A DNA stretch of 56,901 nt from Chloroflexota bacterium. Its GTDB lineage: Bacteria; Chloroflexota; Limnocylindria; QHBO01. Below are positions 7,557 to 15,701 of this stretch, in pieces. Below the pieces are notes generated by a model. It ran no database searches. It saw only the letters and a program-made list of their open reading frames with translations, and had not been told where the DNA came from. The first letter of the stretch is position 1; every line of letters starts with the position of its first letter. A program made the position numbers and the translations under genes. The DNA lies in assembly GCA_020848055.1 (NCBI GenBank), contig JADLBB010000185.1, positions 1 to 56,901 of the forward strand. Direction: 5' to 3'.

Positions 7557-8701
7557 GCCTGCGCGCGTTGACGGCGGTGTGGGAGACGAGCACGTTCGAT
7601 GGTGGCACCCTCCTCGTCCTCCTCGCCCTGGCCGACTACGCCGACGAGCACGGCTGGTCCTATCCGTCGATCGCCACCCTGTCTCGGAAGGCTCGCCTCA
7701 GCGAGCGTGCGACGCAGTACTGCCTGCGCGACCTGGCCGCTCGCGGTGAGGTAGTCGTGGAGGAGCGGACTGGCCCGAAGGGCTGCAACCGCTACCGAGT
7801 GACCTGTCTCGACGGGGGTGCAAATTCTGCACCCCGCAGGAATTGCACCGGTGCAATCGACGACACAGGGGGTGCAAACGGCAGCGCCGGGGGGTGCAGT
7901 TCGGCGCACGAGGGGGTGCAGCCCACTGCACCCAAACCTCCAAGGAACCACCAACAAGAACCTCCAAAGGAGCCGCCAGCAGCCGCATGCAACGCGCCCG
8001 AGCACGAGCGGCCGGCGGCGGCGCTGTCGCAACCCGGGCTCGCCGATGCACAGTCGTCCGCCGCGGGCGAGACCAACGTCGTCGACGCCATGCTCGACGC
8101 CTTCCTCGCGGCGATGCAGACCGACCTCGCGGCGCTGCGCGAGAAGGTCGCCCTCGATGTCGTGCGGCATGCCGGCCGCGCCGTCGAGCTGGGCCACCAC
8201 GCCGACGACGTCGACCCGGCCGTCCGAGCGTGGCGCCGCAACCTGGAGAGCGGCGCTCGGCGGCATGCGGTGCGACCGCCGCGATCTGGCCAGGTCCTCG
8301 ACGCGCTCGTGAAGTGGGCAGCAACTGCACCGCCCGTTCCGCTGCTGCACCCGACCGACATCATCGCGCCGGCCATCGACCTCGGCCTGCTCTGGAAGCA
8401 GCCCGACCCGACGCCGCCCACGGCCGCCGAGCAGCTTTGGTCCAGGGTCTTGGCGGACCTCCGGATCCAGATGACGACCGCGACCTACAACGCGTGGCTC
8501 CGGGACACGCGCGCGCTATCGCTCGACGGCGACCTGGTCGTCGAGGTCCCGACTCCCGCGCATCGCGACTGGCTCACAAACCGCCTCGGCGTAGCGCTGC
8601 GCTCCACGGTCGAACGCGTAGCCGGCGCTGAGGTCGCTGGGATGCGATTGGTGGTGGCTGGCGCGGTCGAGGCCGCTCTCGAAGCACCGGTGCCCGCATG
8701 A
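7553..8701 (+). CDS. Replication organiser/initiator-like protein: N-terminal wHTH and C-terminal DnaA-N-terminal-like domain
   Basis: The N-terminus (LLVLLALADYADEHGWSYPSIATLSRKARLSERATQYCLRDLAARGEV) is a typical phage replication wHTH. The C-terminus (LWSRVLADLRIQMTTATYNAWLRDTRALSLDGDLVVEVPTPAHRDWLTNRL) matches the DnaA domain I pattern. Confidence 0.6.
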   Translation: MSLRALTAVWETSTFDGGTLLVLLALADYADEHGWSYPSIATLSRKARLSERATQYCLRDLAARGEVVVEERTGPKGCNRYRVTCLDGGANSAPRRNCTGAIDDTGGANGSAGGCSSAHEGVQPTAPKPPRNHQQEPPKEPPAAACNAPEHERPAAALSQPGLADAQSSAAGETNVVDAMLDAFLAAMQTDLAALREKVALDVVRHAGRAVELGHHADDVDPAVRAWRRNLESGARRHAVRPPRSGQVLDALVKWAATAPPVPLLHPTDIIAPAIDLGLLWKQPDPTPPTAAEQLWSRVLADLRIQMTTATYNAWLRDTRALSLDGDLVVEVPTPAHRDWLTNRLGVALRSTVERVAGAEVAGMRLVVAGAVEAALEAPVPA

Positions 8702-8844
8702 GCGCGCTCGCTGCAGTCCTCTGCCTTCTCGTGACCGCAGCGGCGCTTATGCGCGTCCGGCGACCGCGCCGCGGCGCCTATCGCTTCATCGTCGCGCTCC
8801 GTCCGCTTGTGCCGCTCCCCACCGCCCAGGACAACCGCCCATGA
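8698..8844 (+). CDS. Small single-pass membrane protein (48 aa)
   Basis: Not in the ORF track because it is under 60 aa. I translated it by hand as MSALAAVLCLLVTAAALMRVRRPRR... It has ATGA overlaps at both ends, which suggests translational coupling. Confidence 0.4.
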   Translation: MSALAAVLCLLVTAAALMRVRRPRRGAYRFIVALRPLVPLPTAQDNRP

Positions 8845-9509
8845 GCCGTCGCCTGCCCGTGCTCATCTGCCTCCTGCTCGTGCTCGCCGCGAGCATGACC
8901 CACGTCGCCGCCGGCTTCGGCTCGCTGGAGCAGGGCACGCGCGGCGCCGCCGTCGGCTGGCTCGCCGCCTCCGGGATCGACGCCGGGATCGCCGTGCTCA
9001 TGTGGCGGCTGATGGCCGGCAACGCCGCCGGTCGGCGCTGGGCGGTCGCGGGCATTGTGCTCATGAGCGCCGTGAGCGCCTATGCCAACCTCGATCACGC
9101 GCTCGGCGTGGCCGCGGCCGAGCAGCTGGCGAGCACTGTGCTCACCGCTTGGCACGGCTCGCCGTGGTGGCAGGTTGCCCGCGTGCTCGTGCTCAGCGTG
9201 ACGCTGCCCGCGCTCACCATCGTGCTCGCCGCCGTTGCCCACAGCGACGCCATGCCCACCGCGCCCACGCCAGTGCTCGCACCTGCTCGACGTGCCCGCG
9301 CTGCTCGCGGCGCCAACGCGAACGCCCAGCCGCTCACCGTCGTGCCCGACGAGCGGCTGTCGCTCGCCGTCGCCCACTACGTTGCCCACCCGCTCGCGAG
9401 CGACCTGGCCATCGCCGATGCCACCGACATCCCGCGGAGCACCGTGGGCAGGTGGCGTCGAGCCGGGCTGCTCGACGCGCCCACCAAGCAGGAGGCCTCC
9501 AATGCGTGA
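8841..9509 (+). CDS. Polytopic membrane protein with C-terminal HTH (DUF2637-like)
   Basis: About 4 TM segments (LPVLICLLLVLAA, WLAASGIDAGIAVLMW, AVAGIVLMSAVSAY, VLVLSVTLPALTIVLAAV) and a C-terminal ASDLAIADATDIPRSTVGRWRRAG helix-turn-helix. Confidence 0.55.
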   Translation: MSRRLPVLICLLLVLAASMTHVAAGFGSLEQGTRGAAVGWLAASGIDAGIAVLMWRLMAGNAAGRRWAVAGIVLMSAVSAYANLDHALGVAAAEQLASTVLTAWHGSPWWQVARVLVLSVTLPALTIVLAAVAHSDAMPTAPTPVLAPARRARAARGANANAQPLTVVPDERLSLAVAHYVAHPLASDLAIADATDIPRSTVGRWRRAGLLDAPTKQEASNA

Positions 9510-10473
9510 CGCTCGCAGCTACCTCGACGCCGCCACCGGTGATGATCAGCCGGGCGTCACCGTCGCCCTCACGGAACTTGGCGAGGCAGTCGCGGCGCTC
9601 GGCCGCCTGCTTGGCCGCGCGCTCCGCCATGCCGGATTGGTGCTCATCGCCCTCGCGTGGATCCACCGCCGCGACCTGACGATGGTCGCCCTCGGTGCGC
9701 TCGCTGCCAGCCTGCTCACGTGGGCGACCGCACCGGCGTGGTACGGGCAGGCCGGCCCGGTGGGATCCGCACCGCGTGGCGTGGTGTTCGCCGAAGCGGC
9801 GCCACCAAGCGAGGCGACGCCGACCCGCGAGCACGTGGTCGACGTCGAAACCACGACCACCGTGCCCGCGGCGACCGAGCCACCGGAACCGCCGGTCGAG
9901 GCCATCGTCTGGCCCGCGTGGATGCCGGACACCGTGATGCGCTGGGCCAGCCTTGCCGAGGCCTCCGGACGACAGCACGGCGTCGACCCCGTCCTCGTCG
10001 CGATCGTCGTGCTGGTGGAGTCGGGTGGCAGCCCGACGGCGCGCAGCCACGTCGGCGCCACCGGTCTCATGCAGGTCATGCCGGCCACGGCCGGCGACAT
10101 CGCGAGCCAACGCGGGATGGGGCCGATCGATCCAGCGACGCTGAGCGACCCGACCGTCTGCGTCGACTTCGGCGCGTGGTACCTGTCGAAGCAGCTGCAG
10201 GCCTTCGGCGCGCTGGACGACCCGGACTGGCAGACGAGCGTCGAGCGCGCGGCCGCGGCGTACAACGGCGGGCCCGGCACGGCGGGCAAGTGGCTGCGCG
10301 GCAGTGCACTGCCCAACGAAACCGCGGCCTATGTTCGGTGGGTCGGCGGCATGTGGCGGGAGCGGCGCGATCCGACGTCGCCGACGCTCGATGCTTGGCG
10401 CGCCGCGGGTGGGCAGGTCCTCCTCGATCGAGCGGACGCGGCGCGCGTCGTGCCGCAGGGCGAGGCGTGGTGA
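9502..10473 (+). CDS. Membrane-anchored lytic transglycosylase (SLT domain)
   Basis: LVAIVVLVESGGSPTARSHVGATGLMQVMPATA carries the catalytic Glu and the GLMQ motif, followed by AYNGGPG. TM segments lie near the N-terminus. Confidence 0.8.
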   Translation: MRDARSYLDAATGDDQPGVTVALTELGEAVAALGRLLGRALRHAGLVLIALAWIHRRDLTMVALGALAASLLTWATAPAWYGQAGPVGSAPRGVVFAEAAPPSEATPTREHVVDVETTTTVPAATEPPEPPVEAIVWPAWMPDTVMRWASLAEASGRQHGVDPVLVAIVVLVESGGSPTARSHVGATGLMQVMPATAGDIASQRGMGPIDPATLSDPTVCVDFGAWYLSKQLQAFGALDDPDWQTSVERAAAAYNGGPGTAGKWLRGSALPNETAAYVRWVGGMWRERRDPTSPTLDAWRAAGGQVLLDRADAARVVPQGEAW

Positions 10474-10754
10474 TGACGCCGTTCGCGCTCGCCGCCGCTG
10501 CGCTGGCCACCTACCGCCTCGCCCGCCTCGTCGCCGTCGAGGACGGACCAGCCCTCGTCCTACATCGCTTCCGAACCTGGCACCGCTGGCCGGCCTGGAT
10601 GCTGGATCTGCTCTCGTGCCCGCTGTGCCTGTCGGTGTGGATCGCGCCTGCCGTCGTCCTTCTGACCATCACCCGACCCGGCCTCTTCGTCGTGTGCGCG
10701 CTGGCCGCATCCGGCGGCGCCACCGCCCTCTACCTCCAGGAGCGTGGATCGTGA
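10473..10754 (+). CDS. DUF1360-like small membrane protein
   Basis: TGATG coupling with the upstream gene. YRLARLVAVEDGP....LSCPLCLSVWIA pattern plus hydrophobic helices. Confidence 0.5.
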   Translation: MTPFALAAAALATYRLARLVAVEDGPALVLHRFRTWHRWPAWMLDLLSCPLCLSVWIAPAVVLLTITRPGLFVVCALAASGGATALYLQERGS

Positions 10755-11131
10755 TCATCGTCCAAGCCATGCTGCGCGAGATGGACGGCACCGTCGCCTA
10801 TCGCATCGAGCGCTTCCTCAGCGAGACACCCATCACCCCGGCCGAGCTCCAGGTGAGCGATGCCGTTCGGCAGGCGGCCGCGGCATGCGTCGCGGAGCTG
10901 TGCGGGCCGCCGGGCACCTCCGACGCTGCAACCTCGCCGGACGCGGCGCCCGCCGCGAGCACCGCGGCGCCGACGTCGTCGCCGACATCGGACGCCGCCG
11001 CCCAGCTCTCGTCGATCGCGCACCTCGTCGACCGCTACGACCCGAGCGACGTGCGCCGCGGCGAACCGCTCGCGGCGCGCCTCGAGCGCGTCCTCGCCTT
11101 TCACCTCGCCGACGACGGCGACACCGAGTAG
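10751..11131 (+). CDS. Hypothetical protein
   Basis: GTGA coupling with the upstream gene. 126 aa. An alternative ATG lies at 10769. Confidence 0.5.
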   Translation: MIIVQAMLREMDGTVAYRIERFLSETPITPAELQVSDAVRQAAAACVAELCGPPGTSDAATSPDAAPAASTAAPTSSPTSDAAAQLSSIAHLVDRYDPSDVRRGEPLAARLERVLAFHLADDGDTE

Positions 11132-11140
11132 GAGCACCGC

Positions 11141-11773
11141 GTGAACGAGCCACAGCCAGCCCCACGCCTTGACCTCGAAGCCCTCGCCCGTGAGATGCGC
11201 GCCGCGTTCGATGGCCAGGCCATCGACATCGTCGACGCCCTGGGCGATCTGCGCGACGCCTGCGGGCAGACCCGCTCGATGGAGATCGTCTGCATCATCT
11301 GGGAGGCAGCGCAGCGCTCCTTCCTCGACGCCGTCGCCGACGCGATGGAGGACAGCGAACCGGATCCGGACGAGGTCTTCGCGTTCGCCGCGCAGCTTCG
11401 GCCGAAGATGCCGATCTCCCGCGACAAGGAAGGGATGATGTCGCTGGAGATCGGGTTCGTCGTCGGCTCCAGCCGCGACCGCGCCGCCGAGCGCTTCGCC
11501 GAACCGCTGCGCCTGGGCCTGTCTGGCCCGCTGTACTGCCGCGTCGTCGTCCAGCCGATCATCAATCAGCCACGCCTCCCGGTGGCGCCGCCCGCCGAGG
11601 CTGCCCCGCCGGACGCGGCGACCGACGTCGACGACCAGCTCACGCTCGACGACGCCGCGAGCGAGTCCGGGATCAGCCTCGTGGAGATCTCGGCTCCCGG
11701 CCACGATCCCGTGCGGATGACGGGACGACAGTTCGATCGCGTGGTCGAGACGATCACGGGAGGAGCGGCGTGA
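11141..11773 (+). CDS. Hypothetical protein (210 aa)
   Basis: ORF with protein-like composition. Its stop overlaps the next GTG. Confidence 0.55.
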   Translation: MNEPQPAPRLDLEALAREMRAAFDGQAIDIVDALGDLRDACGQTRSMEIVCIIWEAAQRSFLDAVADAMEDSEPDPDEVFAFAAQLRPKMPISRDKEGMMSLEIGFVVGSSRDRAAERFAEPLRLGLSGPLYCRVVVQPIINQPRLPVAPPAEAAPPDAATDVDDQLTLDDAASESGISLVEISAPGHDPVRMTGRQFDRVVETITGGAA

Positions 11774-13083
11774 ACGACCAGCCCGTCCACCTCCGCCGGC
11801 TCGACGACCTCAAGATCTGGAGCCAGAACTACAACCGCGGCGACGTGCCCGCCATACGCGCGTCGATCTCCGAATTCGGCATGAACGGCGCCCTGCGCGT
11901 GTGGGAGGACGGCATCGTCATTGCCGGCAACCACGCGCTCCTTGGCCTGCGCGCAATGCGTGACGCCGGCGAATTGCCGCCGACCCACGTCGTCCTCGAC
12001 GCCGACGGCGCCTGGCTGGTCCCGTGCATCGACGTCACCCACCTCGACCGCCGGCGCGCCGAAGCATTCGCCATCGCCGACAATCGCACCGCGGCGCTGG
12101 CGACGCAGGACGACGTCGCGCTCGCGGCGCTGCTGCGCGTCATCGCCGAGGAGGCGCCGGACGCGTTCGAGGCCACCGGCTATGACGACGGCGATCTGAA
12201 CCGCCTGCTGTCCATCCTGCACGCCGGCGAGGAATCCGACGTCGACGCCGAGCCGCGCTTCGACAAAGCCGACGAGCTGCAGGAGAAGTGGAAGGTCGAG
12301 CCCGGTCAGCTGTGGCTGCTCGGCGACCACCGGCTGCTGTGCGGCGACAGCACGAAGCCAGAGGACGTGGCGCGCGTGATGGACGGCCAGCGTGCCCGCC
12401 TGTTCGCCACCGACCCGCCGTACCTCGTGGACTACGACGGCACGAACCATCCGACAAGATGGAACGCTCCCGCCAAGGAGCGCGCCGTCAAGAATAAGGA
12501 GTGGGGCGACGACTACAAGGACTGGGATCGCAGCGACCAGGGCGACGGCCTGTACCGCGGCTTCTACGCCGCCGCCGTCGAGCACGCGATCCTCCCCGAC
12601 GCCGCGTGGTACTGCTGGCACGCTTCGCGGCGCCAGGCCATGCTCGAGGCCATCTGGACGGAGTTCGGCGCGTTCGCGCACCAGCAGATCATCTGGGCGA
12701 AGGATCGCGGCGTCCTCGGTCGCACGTGGTACCGCTTCGCCCACGAGCCGTGCTTCTTCGGCTGGGTGAAGGGCAACAAGCCGCCGCGCGTCGCCGAGGA
12801 TTACCCGACGACCGTCTGGAACTTCCCCACGTCGCGCGTGGGCGAGGACACGGGGCACCCGACGTCCAAGCCCGTCCAGCTCTTCGAGATCCCGATGCTG
12901 CAGCACGCGGCGCCCGGAGAGGTCTGCTACGAGCCGTTCAGCGGATCCGGCAGCCAGATCATCGCGGGCGAGCGCACGGGGAGGCGCGTGTACGCCATCG
13001 AGATCGCGCCGCCGTTCGTCTCCGTCGCCCTCGAGCGCTACCTCGAGGCCACGGGGGTCACGCCCACCCTGGCGGCTGCGTGA
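11770..13083 (+). CDS. ParB-like nuclease domain fused to a beta-class N6A/N4C DNA methyltransferase (orphan)
   Basis: N-terminal ParB/Srx-like region (IAGNHALLGL), the LLCGDS motif, catalytic DPPY (FATDPPY) and a C-terminal SAM motif (YEPFSGSGSQ). No cognate endonuclease is adjacent. Confidence 0.85.
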   Translation: MNDQPVHLRRLDDLKIWSQNYNRGDVPAIRASISEFGMNGALRVWEDGIVIAGNHALLGLRAMRDAGELPPTHVVLDADGAWLVPCIDVTHLDRRRAEAFAIADNRTAALATQDDVALAALLRVIAEEAPDAFEATGYDDGDLNRLLSILHAGEESDVDAEPRFDKADELQEKWKVEPGQLWLLGDHRLLCGDSTKPEDVARVMDGQRARLFATDPPYLVDYDGTNHPTRWNAPAKERAVKNKEWGDDYKDWDRSDQGDGLYRGFYAAAVEHAILPDAAWYCWHASRRQAMLEAIWTEFGAFAHQQIIWAKDRGVLGRTWYRFAHEPCFFGWVKGNKPPRVAEDYPTTVWNFPTSRVGEDTGHPTSKPVQLFEIPMLQHAAPGEVCYEPFSGSGSQIIAGERTGRRVYAIEIAPPFVSVALERYLEATGVTPTLAAA

Positions 13084-13110
13084 CCTCCTCGATCCACCAG
13101 GGGACGACGT

Positions 13111-13139
13111 GGGGGCGGGCTGTCGTCGAGCCCGCCCCC
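13111..13139. terminator. Bidirectional hairpin between convergent genes
   Basis: 11-bp perfect stem gggggcgggct/agcccgccccc with a 7-nt loop. It sits between the methylase stop (13083) and the reverse-strand gene stop (13146). Confidence 0.55.
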
Positions 13140-13145
13140 CGCCTC

Positions 13146-13394
13146 CTATGCCGCTCGGCGCTTGCCCTTGGGCGCCCAGATCTCGGCTGCCCGCTCGAAC
13201 CCCACCCATTGGCCGCTCTCGCCAACACCTCGGTGCGATACAAATCGGCGGGCCACCTCGTTCAGGTCGATCTCGCCCGTCGCGGCTTGAATCAGCAGGG
13301 CTGTCGACATCAGCTGCATGCATCCCAGCGATTCGAGATCCGCGACATCGACATCGGCTTCGTAGCGGTCCAGCATTTCCTGCGTCTTGCTCAT
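13146..13394 (-). CDS. Small hypothetical protein (82 aa) driven by the inverted copy of the repeated promoter
   Basis: AAGGAG lies 6 nt upstream of the ATG at 13394. The protein begins MSKTQEMLDRYEADVDVADLE. The longer 128-aa ORF was rejected. Confidence 0.6.
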   Translation of the reverse strand: MSKTQEMLDRYEADVDVADLESLGCMQLMSTALLIQAATGEIDLNEVARRFVSHRGVGESGQWVGFERAAEIWAPKGKRRAA

Positions 13395-13440
13395 GTTCGT
13401 GCTCCTTGGTGGTGCGCGTCGCGCGCGTTCGTTGTGAACC

Positions 13441-13468
13441 ATATTACTCGGTGTGCGGGCGATATCAA
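13441..13468 (-). promoter_or_regulatory. Repeated phage promoter, copy A (reverse orientation)
   Basis: The reverse complement reads TTGATA-N16-TAATAT. The flanks match the consensus ccTTGCTATCG...ACCGAGCAATATGrAC of copies B-D. Confidence 0.65.
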
Positions 13469-13551
13469 GGGGTGTGCGCGACAAGTTACCCACTTCGTGA
13501 TAGTAATGTTGACGCGCTGTCGGCGTTATCAATCACTTAACATTTACCCAC

Positions 13552-13579
13552 TTGCTATCGTGCCCACACCGAGCAATAT
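13552..13579 (+). promoter_or_regulatory. Repeated phage promoter, copy B
   Basis: TTGCTA-N16-CAATAT within cttgctatcgtgcccacaccgagcaatatgaac. Confidence 0.65.
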
Positions 13580-13626
13580 GAACATCACAACGACCGACGT
13601 TGAATTGCACCCAAGGAGCACGAACG

Positions 13627-13998
13627 ATGACCACGACGCTAATGACAGAGACGCGCGAGATGCAGCTGGACTTCAGGATTCACGACGAGCGGGGCGACAC
13701 GGTTGCCAGCGCCGCAACGCAACTTCGCCTGCCGCGGCTGCTGGTGGACCACTTGCACCCGGAACGCTGGACGGCGGTGCTACGCGCTGCAATCGAAGCC
13801 GGCGCGAGCAACGCCGACTTCAACGACTCCCTTCAGATCAGCCTGGTCTTCACGCTGAGGGTCCCTGGTGGCCACGAGATCGGAGAGGGACACACCCTGA
13901 TCGAGCTGCCCTGGCTGCTCGCGACCTACATCCGGACCGACGCCTGGGGCGAACTTCTCACGAAGGTGATCGAGGACCAGCTGCTCCTGCCAGGGTAG
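13627..13998 (+). CDS. Small hypothetical protein (123 aa), cassette 1
   Basis: AAGGAG lies 8 nt upstream of the ATG. A 14-bp hairpin follows the gene. Confidence 0.65.
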   Translation: MTTTLMTETREMQLDFRIHDERGDTVASAATQLRLPRLLVDHLHPERWTAVLRAAIEAGASNADFNDSLQISLVFTLRVPGGHEIGEGHTLIELPWLLATYIRTDAWGELLTKVIEDQLLLPG

Positions 13999-14013
13999 GA
14001 AGCGACGGCCCAG

Positions 14014-14047
14014 CGGCGGGCGAGGATGAAGTGATCCTCGCCCGCCG
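14014..14047 (+). terminator. Hairpin terminator of cassette 1
   Basis: Perfect 14-bp stem cggcgggcgaggat/atcctcgcccgccg with a 6-nt loop. Confidence 0.55.
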
Positions 14048-14088
14048 ATGGCCGCCAAGCCCTTATCAATCTCTTATCAATTCAGGCC

Positions 14089-14116
14089 TTGCTATCGTCC
14101 CAAAACCGAGCAATAT
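14089..14116 (+). promoter_or_regulatory. Repeated phage promoter, copy C
   Basis: TTGCTA-N16-CAATAT within ccttgctatcgtcccaaaaccgagcaatatggac. Confidence 0.65.
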
Positions 14117-14163
14117 GGACACCAACGAAAGCGCACCGCGCGCGACACGAATGGAGGACGAGA

Positions 14164-14433
14164 ATGCAGACCTTGACCAGCGAGCGATGGCAGGAAGTGT
14201 TCGAGGGGGTGCAGATGGAGATGATCCTGATCGAGGAGAGCCTCGGCCGACTCCGGAAGCTGGTGGACGGAACCGGATACGAGAAGGAAGCCGATGCGAT
14301 CCTCTGGCATCTGGATGCCCTGACCACCACGGACCCGACGCGATTGGAGGCACAACCCGGATTGTGGTCAATCATCGAAGCGATCGGCGGACCGACAGCC
14401 GCATGGATGGCAGAGGCGAACGCGGACGAGTAG
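14164..14433 (+). CDS. Small acidic protein (89 aa), cassette 2; paralog of the cassette 3 protein
   Basis: GGAGG lies 7 nt upstream of the ATG. LTSERWQEV...ESLGRLRKLVDGTGYEKEADA aligns with LPTETWERI...EAIAKIEDALHGTGLARYADA from cassette 3. Confidence 0.65.
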   Translation: MQTLTSERWQEVFEGVQMEMILIEESLGRLRKLVDGTGYEKEADAILWHLDALTTTDPTRLEAQPGLWSIIEAIGGPTAAWMAEANADE

Positions 14434-14447
14434 CAGCCACCGAACCA

Positions 14448-14483
14448 ACCCGCAGGGCGCGACCAATGTGGCGCCCTGCGGGT
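14448..14483 (+). terminator. Hairpin terminator of cassette 2
   Basis: 13-bp stem acccgcagggcgc/gcgccctgcgggt with a 10-nt loop. It is near-identical to the hairpin at 14937. Confidence 0.55.
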
Positions 14484-14564
14484 CGTTCCGGTGGCGAAGA
14501 TCGCGCCCGCCCCCCAGGAAAACGACCGCTCCAAATACGTACCATATGTGGTGACGTACAGGCC

Positions 14565-14592
14565 TTGCTATCGTTCGTAAACCGAGCAATAT
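14565..14592 (+). promoter_or_regulatory. Repeated phage promoter, copy D
   Basis: TTGCTA-N16-CAATAT within ccttgctatcgttcgtaaaccgagcaatatgaac. Confidence 0.65.
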
Positions 14593-14639
14593 GAACGTCA
14601 CGACGCGCACGCGGTGCGCAGCACAAAGGAGCTAGGAAA

Positions 14640-14918
14640 GTGAACCTACCGACGGAGACCTGGGAGCGGATCGCCCTTCTTGAGGAGGCCGCGGACATGG
14701 TTTCGGAGGCCATCGCCAAGATTGAAGATGCGCTGCACGGAACGGGCCTCGCGAGATACGCCGACGCCTACCAGCTCGCCCAGCTCAAGATCCTCGCCTA
14801 CCCGAGTCACGGCTACCTCACACGCGACAAGGGGATCCACCATCTGATCGAGGACCTCAAGCAGGACGAGCGCGAGCAGCGCGAGGAGGAAGTGGACGAG
14901 GAGTACGAACCAGCCTGA
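14640..14918 (+). CDS. Small acidic protein (92 aa), cassette 3; paralog of the cassette 2 protein
   Basis: GTG start with AAGGAG 8 nt upstream. Very acidic C-terminus (DEREQREEEVDEEYEPA). Confidence 0.65.
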   Translation: MNLPTETWERIALLEEAADMVSEAIAKIEDALHGTGLARYADAYQLAQLKILAYPSHGYLTRDKGIHHLIEDLKQDEREQREEEVDEEYEPA

Positions 14919-14936
14919 TCCAGACCTACCGAATCA

Positions 14937-14972
14937 ACCAGCAGGGCGCGACACACGTGGCGCCCTGCTGGT
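14937..14972 (+). terminator. Hairpin terminator of cassette 3
   Basis: 13-bp stem accagcagggcgc/gcgccctgctggt with a 10-nt loop. Confidence 0.55.
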
Positions 14973-15006
14973 CGCTCCGGTGGGCGGCGACCGACGTTGC
15001 GATTGG

Positions 15007-15041
15007 ACACCCCATGCAATCCGGAACACCCCATGCAATCC
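15007..15041 (+). repeat. Tandem 16-bp direct repeat (acaccccatgcaatcc x2, 19-bp register) spanning the terS start
   Basis: Read directly at 15007-15022 and 15026-15041. Confidence 0.8.
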
Positions 15042-15701
15042 CCCGAAGTACGACGGCGGTGCGGCGCGAAGACGCGGGCCGGCAAGCCCTGCAACGCGTG
15101 GGCCGTGTCGGGCCGCGAGCGCTGCCGCATGCACGGCGGCGCGTCGCCGCGTGGCCTGGCCCACCCGTCGACGACGCACGGCGCGTACTCGCGCGCCCTG
15201 CCACAGCGGATCGTCGCCGACTTCGAGGCGGCGCGCACCGACCCGGAGCTCCTCGAACTCCGCAACCAGATCGGCCTGATCGACGCGCGGATCCTCGACG
15301 TCCTGCGGCGTGTGGACACGGGGGAGAGCGGCGCCCGGTGGCGAGAGCTGAACGCGGCGTGGCGCGCGTACCGCGACGCGGTGAAGGCCAAGGACCCGGA
15401 CGCGATGGGGACGGCGCTGGGCAGCGTTGGCCAGGCGATCGACGCGGGCGAGGGCGACTGGCGGGCGTGGCGCGAGGTGGGTTCGCTCGTCGAGCAGCGG
15501 CGTCGGCTGGTCGAGACCGAGCGGCGTCGGCTGGTCGATCTGCGGCAGGTGATTACCAGCGAACAGGTGCTGCTACTCAGCCACGCTTTGCTGAAGGTGG
15601 TGCTTGAGCATGTTCGCGACCAGGGCACCCGCGAGGCCATCGCGGTCGGGTTCCGCGGCATCCTCGACCGCCCTGGAGATGGCGGTCCAAGCGATCGCTG
15701 A
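15033..15701 (+). CDS. terS: Terminase small subunit (zinc-ribbon type), assigned by position
   Basis: It lies immediately upstream of terL and overlaps it. The N-terminal RCGAKTRAGKPCNAWAVSGRERCRMHGG Cys4-type motif is followed by a helical/coiled region. No clear SD, so the start is uncertain (an alternative TTG lies at 14997). Confidence 0.55.
   Translation: MQSPEVRRRCGAKTRAGKPCNAWAVSGRERCRMHGGASPRGLAHPSTTHGAYSRALPQRIVADFEAARTDPELLELRNQIGLIDARILDVLRRVDTGESGARWRELNAAWRAYRDAVKAKDPDAMGTALGSVGQAIDAGEGDWRAWREVGSLVEQRRRLVETERRRLVDLRQVITSEQVLLLSHALLKVVLEHVRDQGTREAIAVGFRGILDRPGDGGPSDR

Noticed and set aside
11566-14594. Long ORFs 11566-13323 (-) and 12501-14594 (+)
   Set aside because: The first is antisense to the ParB-methylase. 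The second is an off-frame read-through that crosses terminators, promoters and three independent small genes. Both have Arg/Pro/Gly-rich compositions.
13439-14596. Possibility that the repeated roughly 33-bp motif is a CRISPR array or other spacer-repeat locus
   Set aside because: The copies are about 100-540 bp apart, one is inverted, each precedes an SD-led ORF, and each matches a -35/-10 promoter layout. No cas genes are present.
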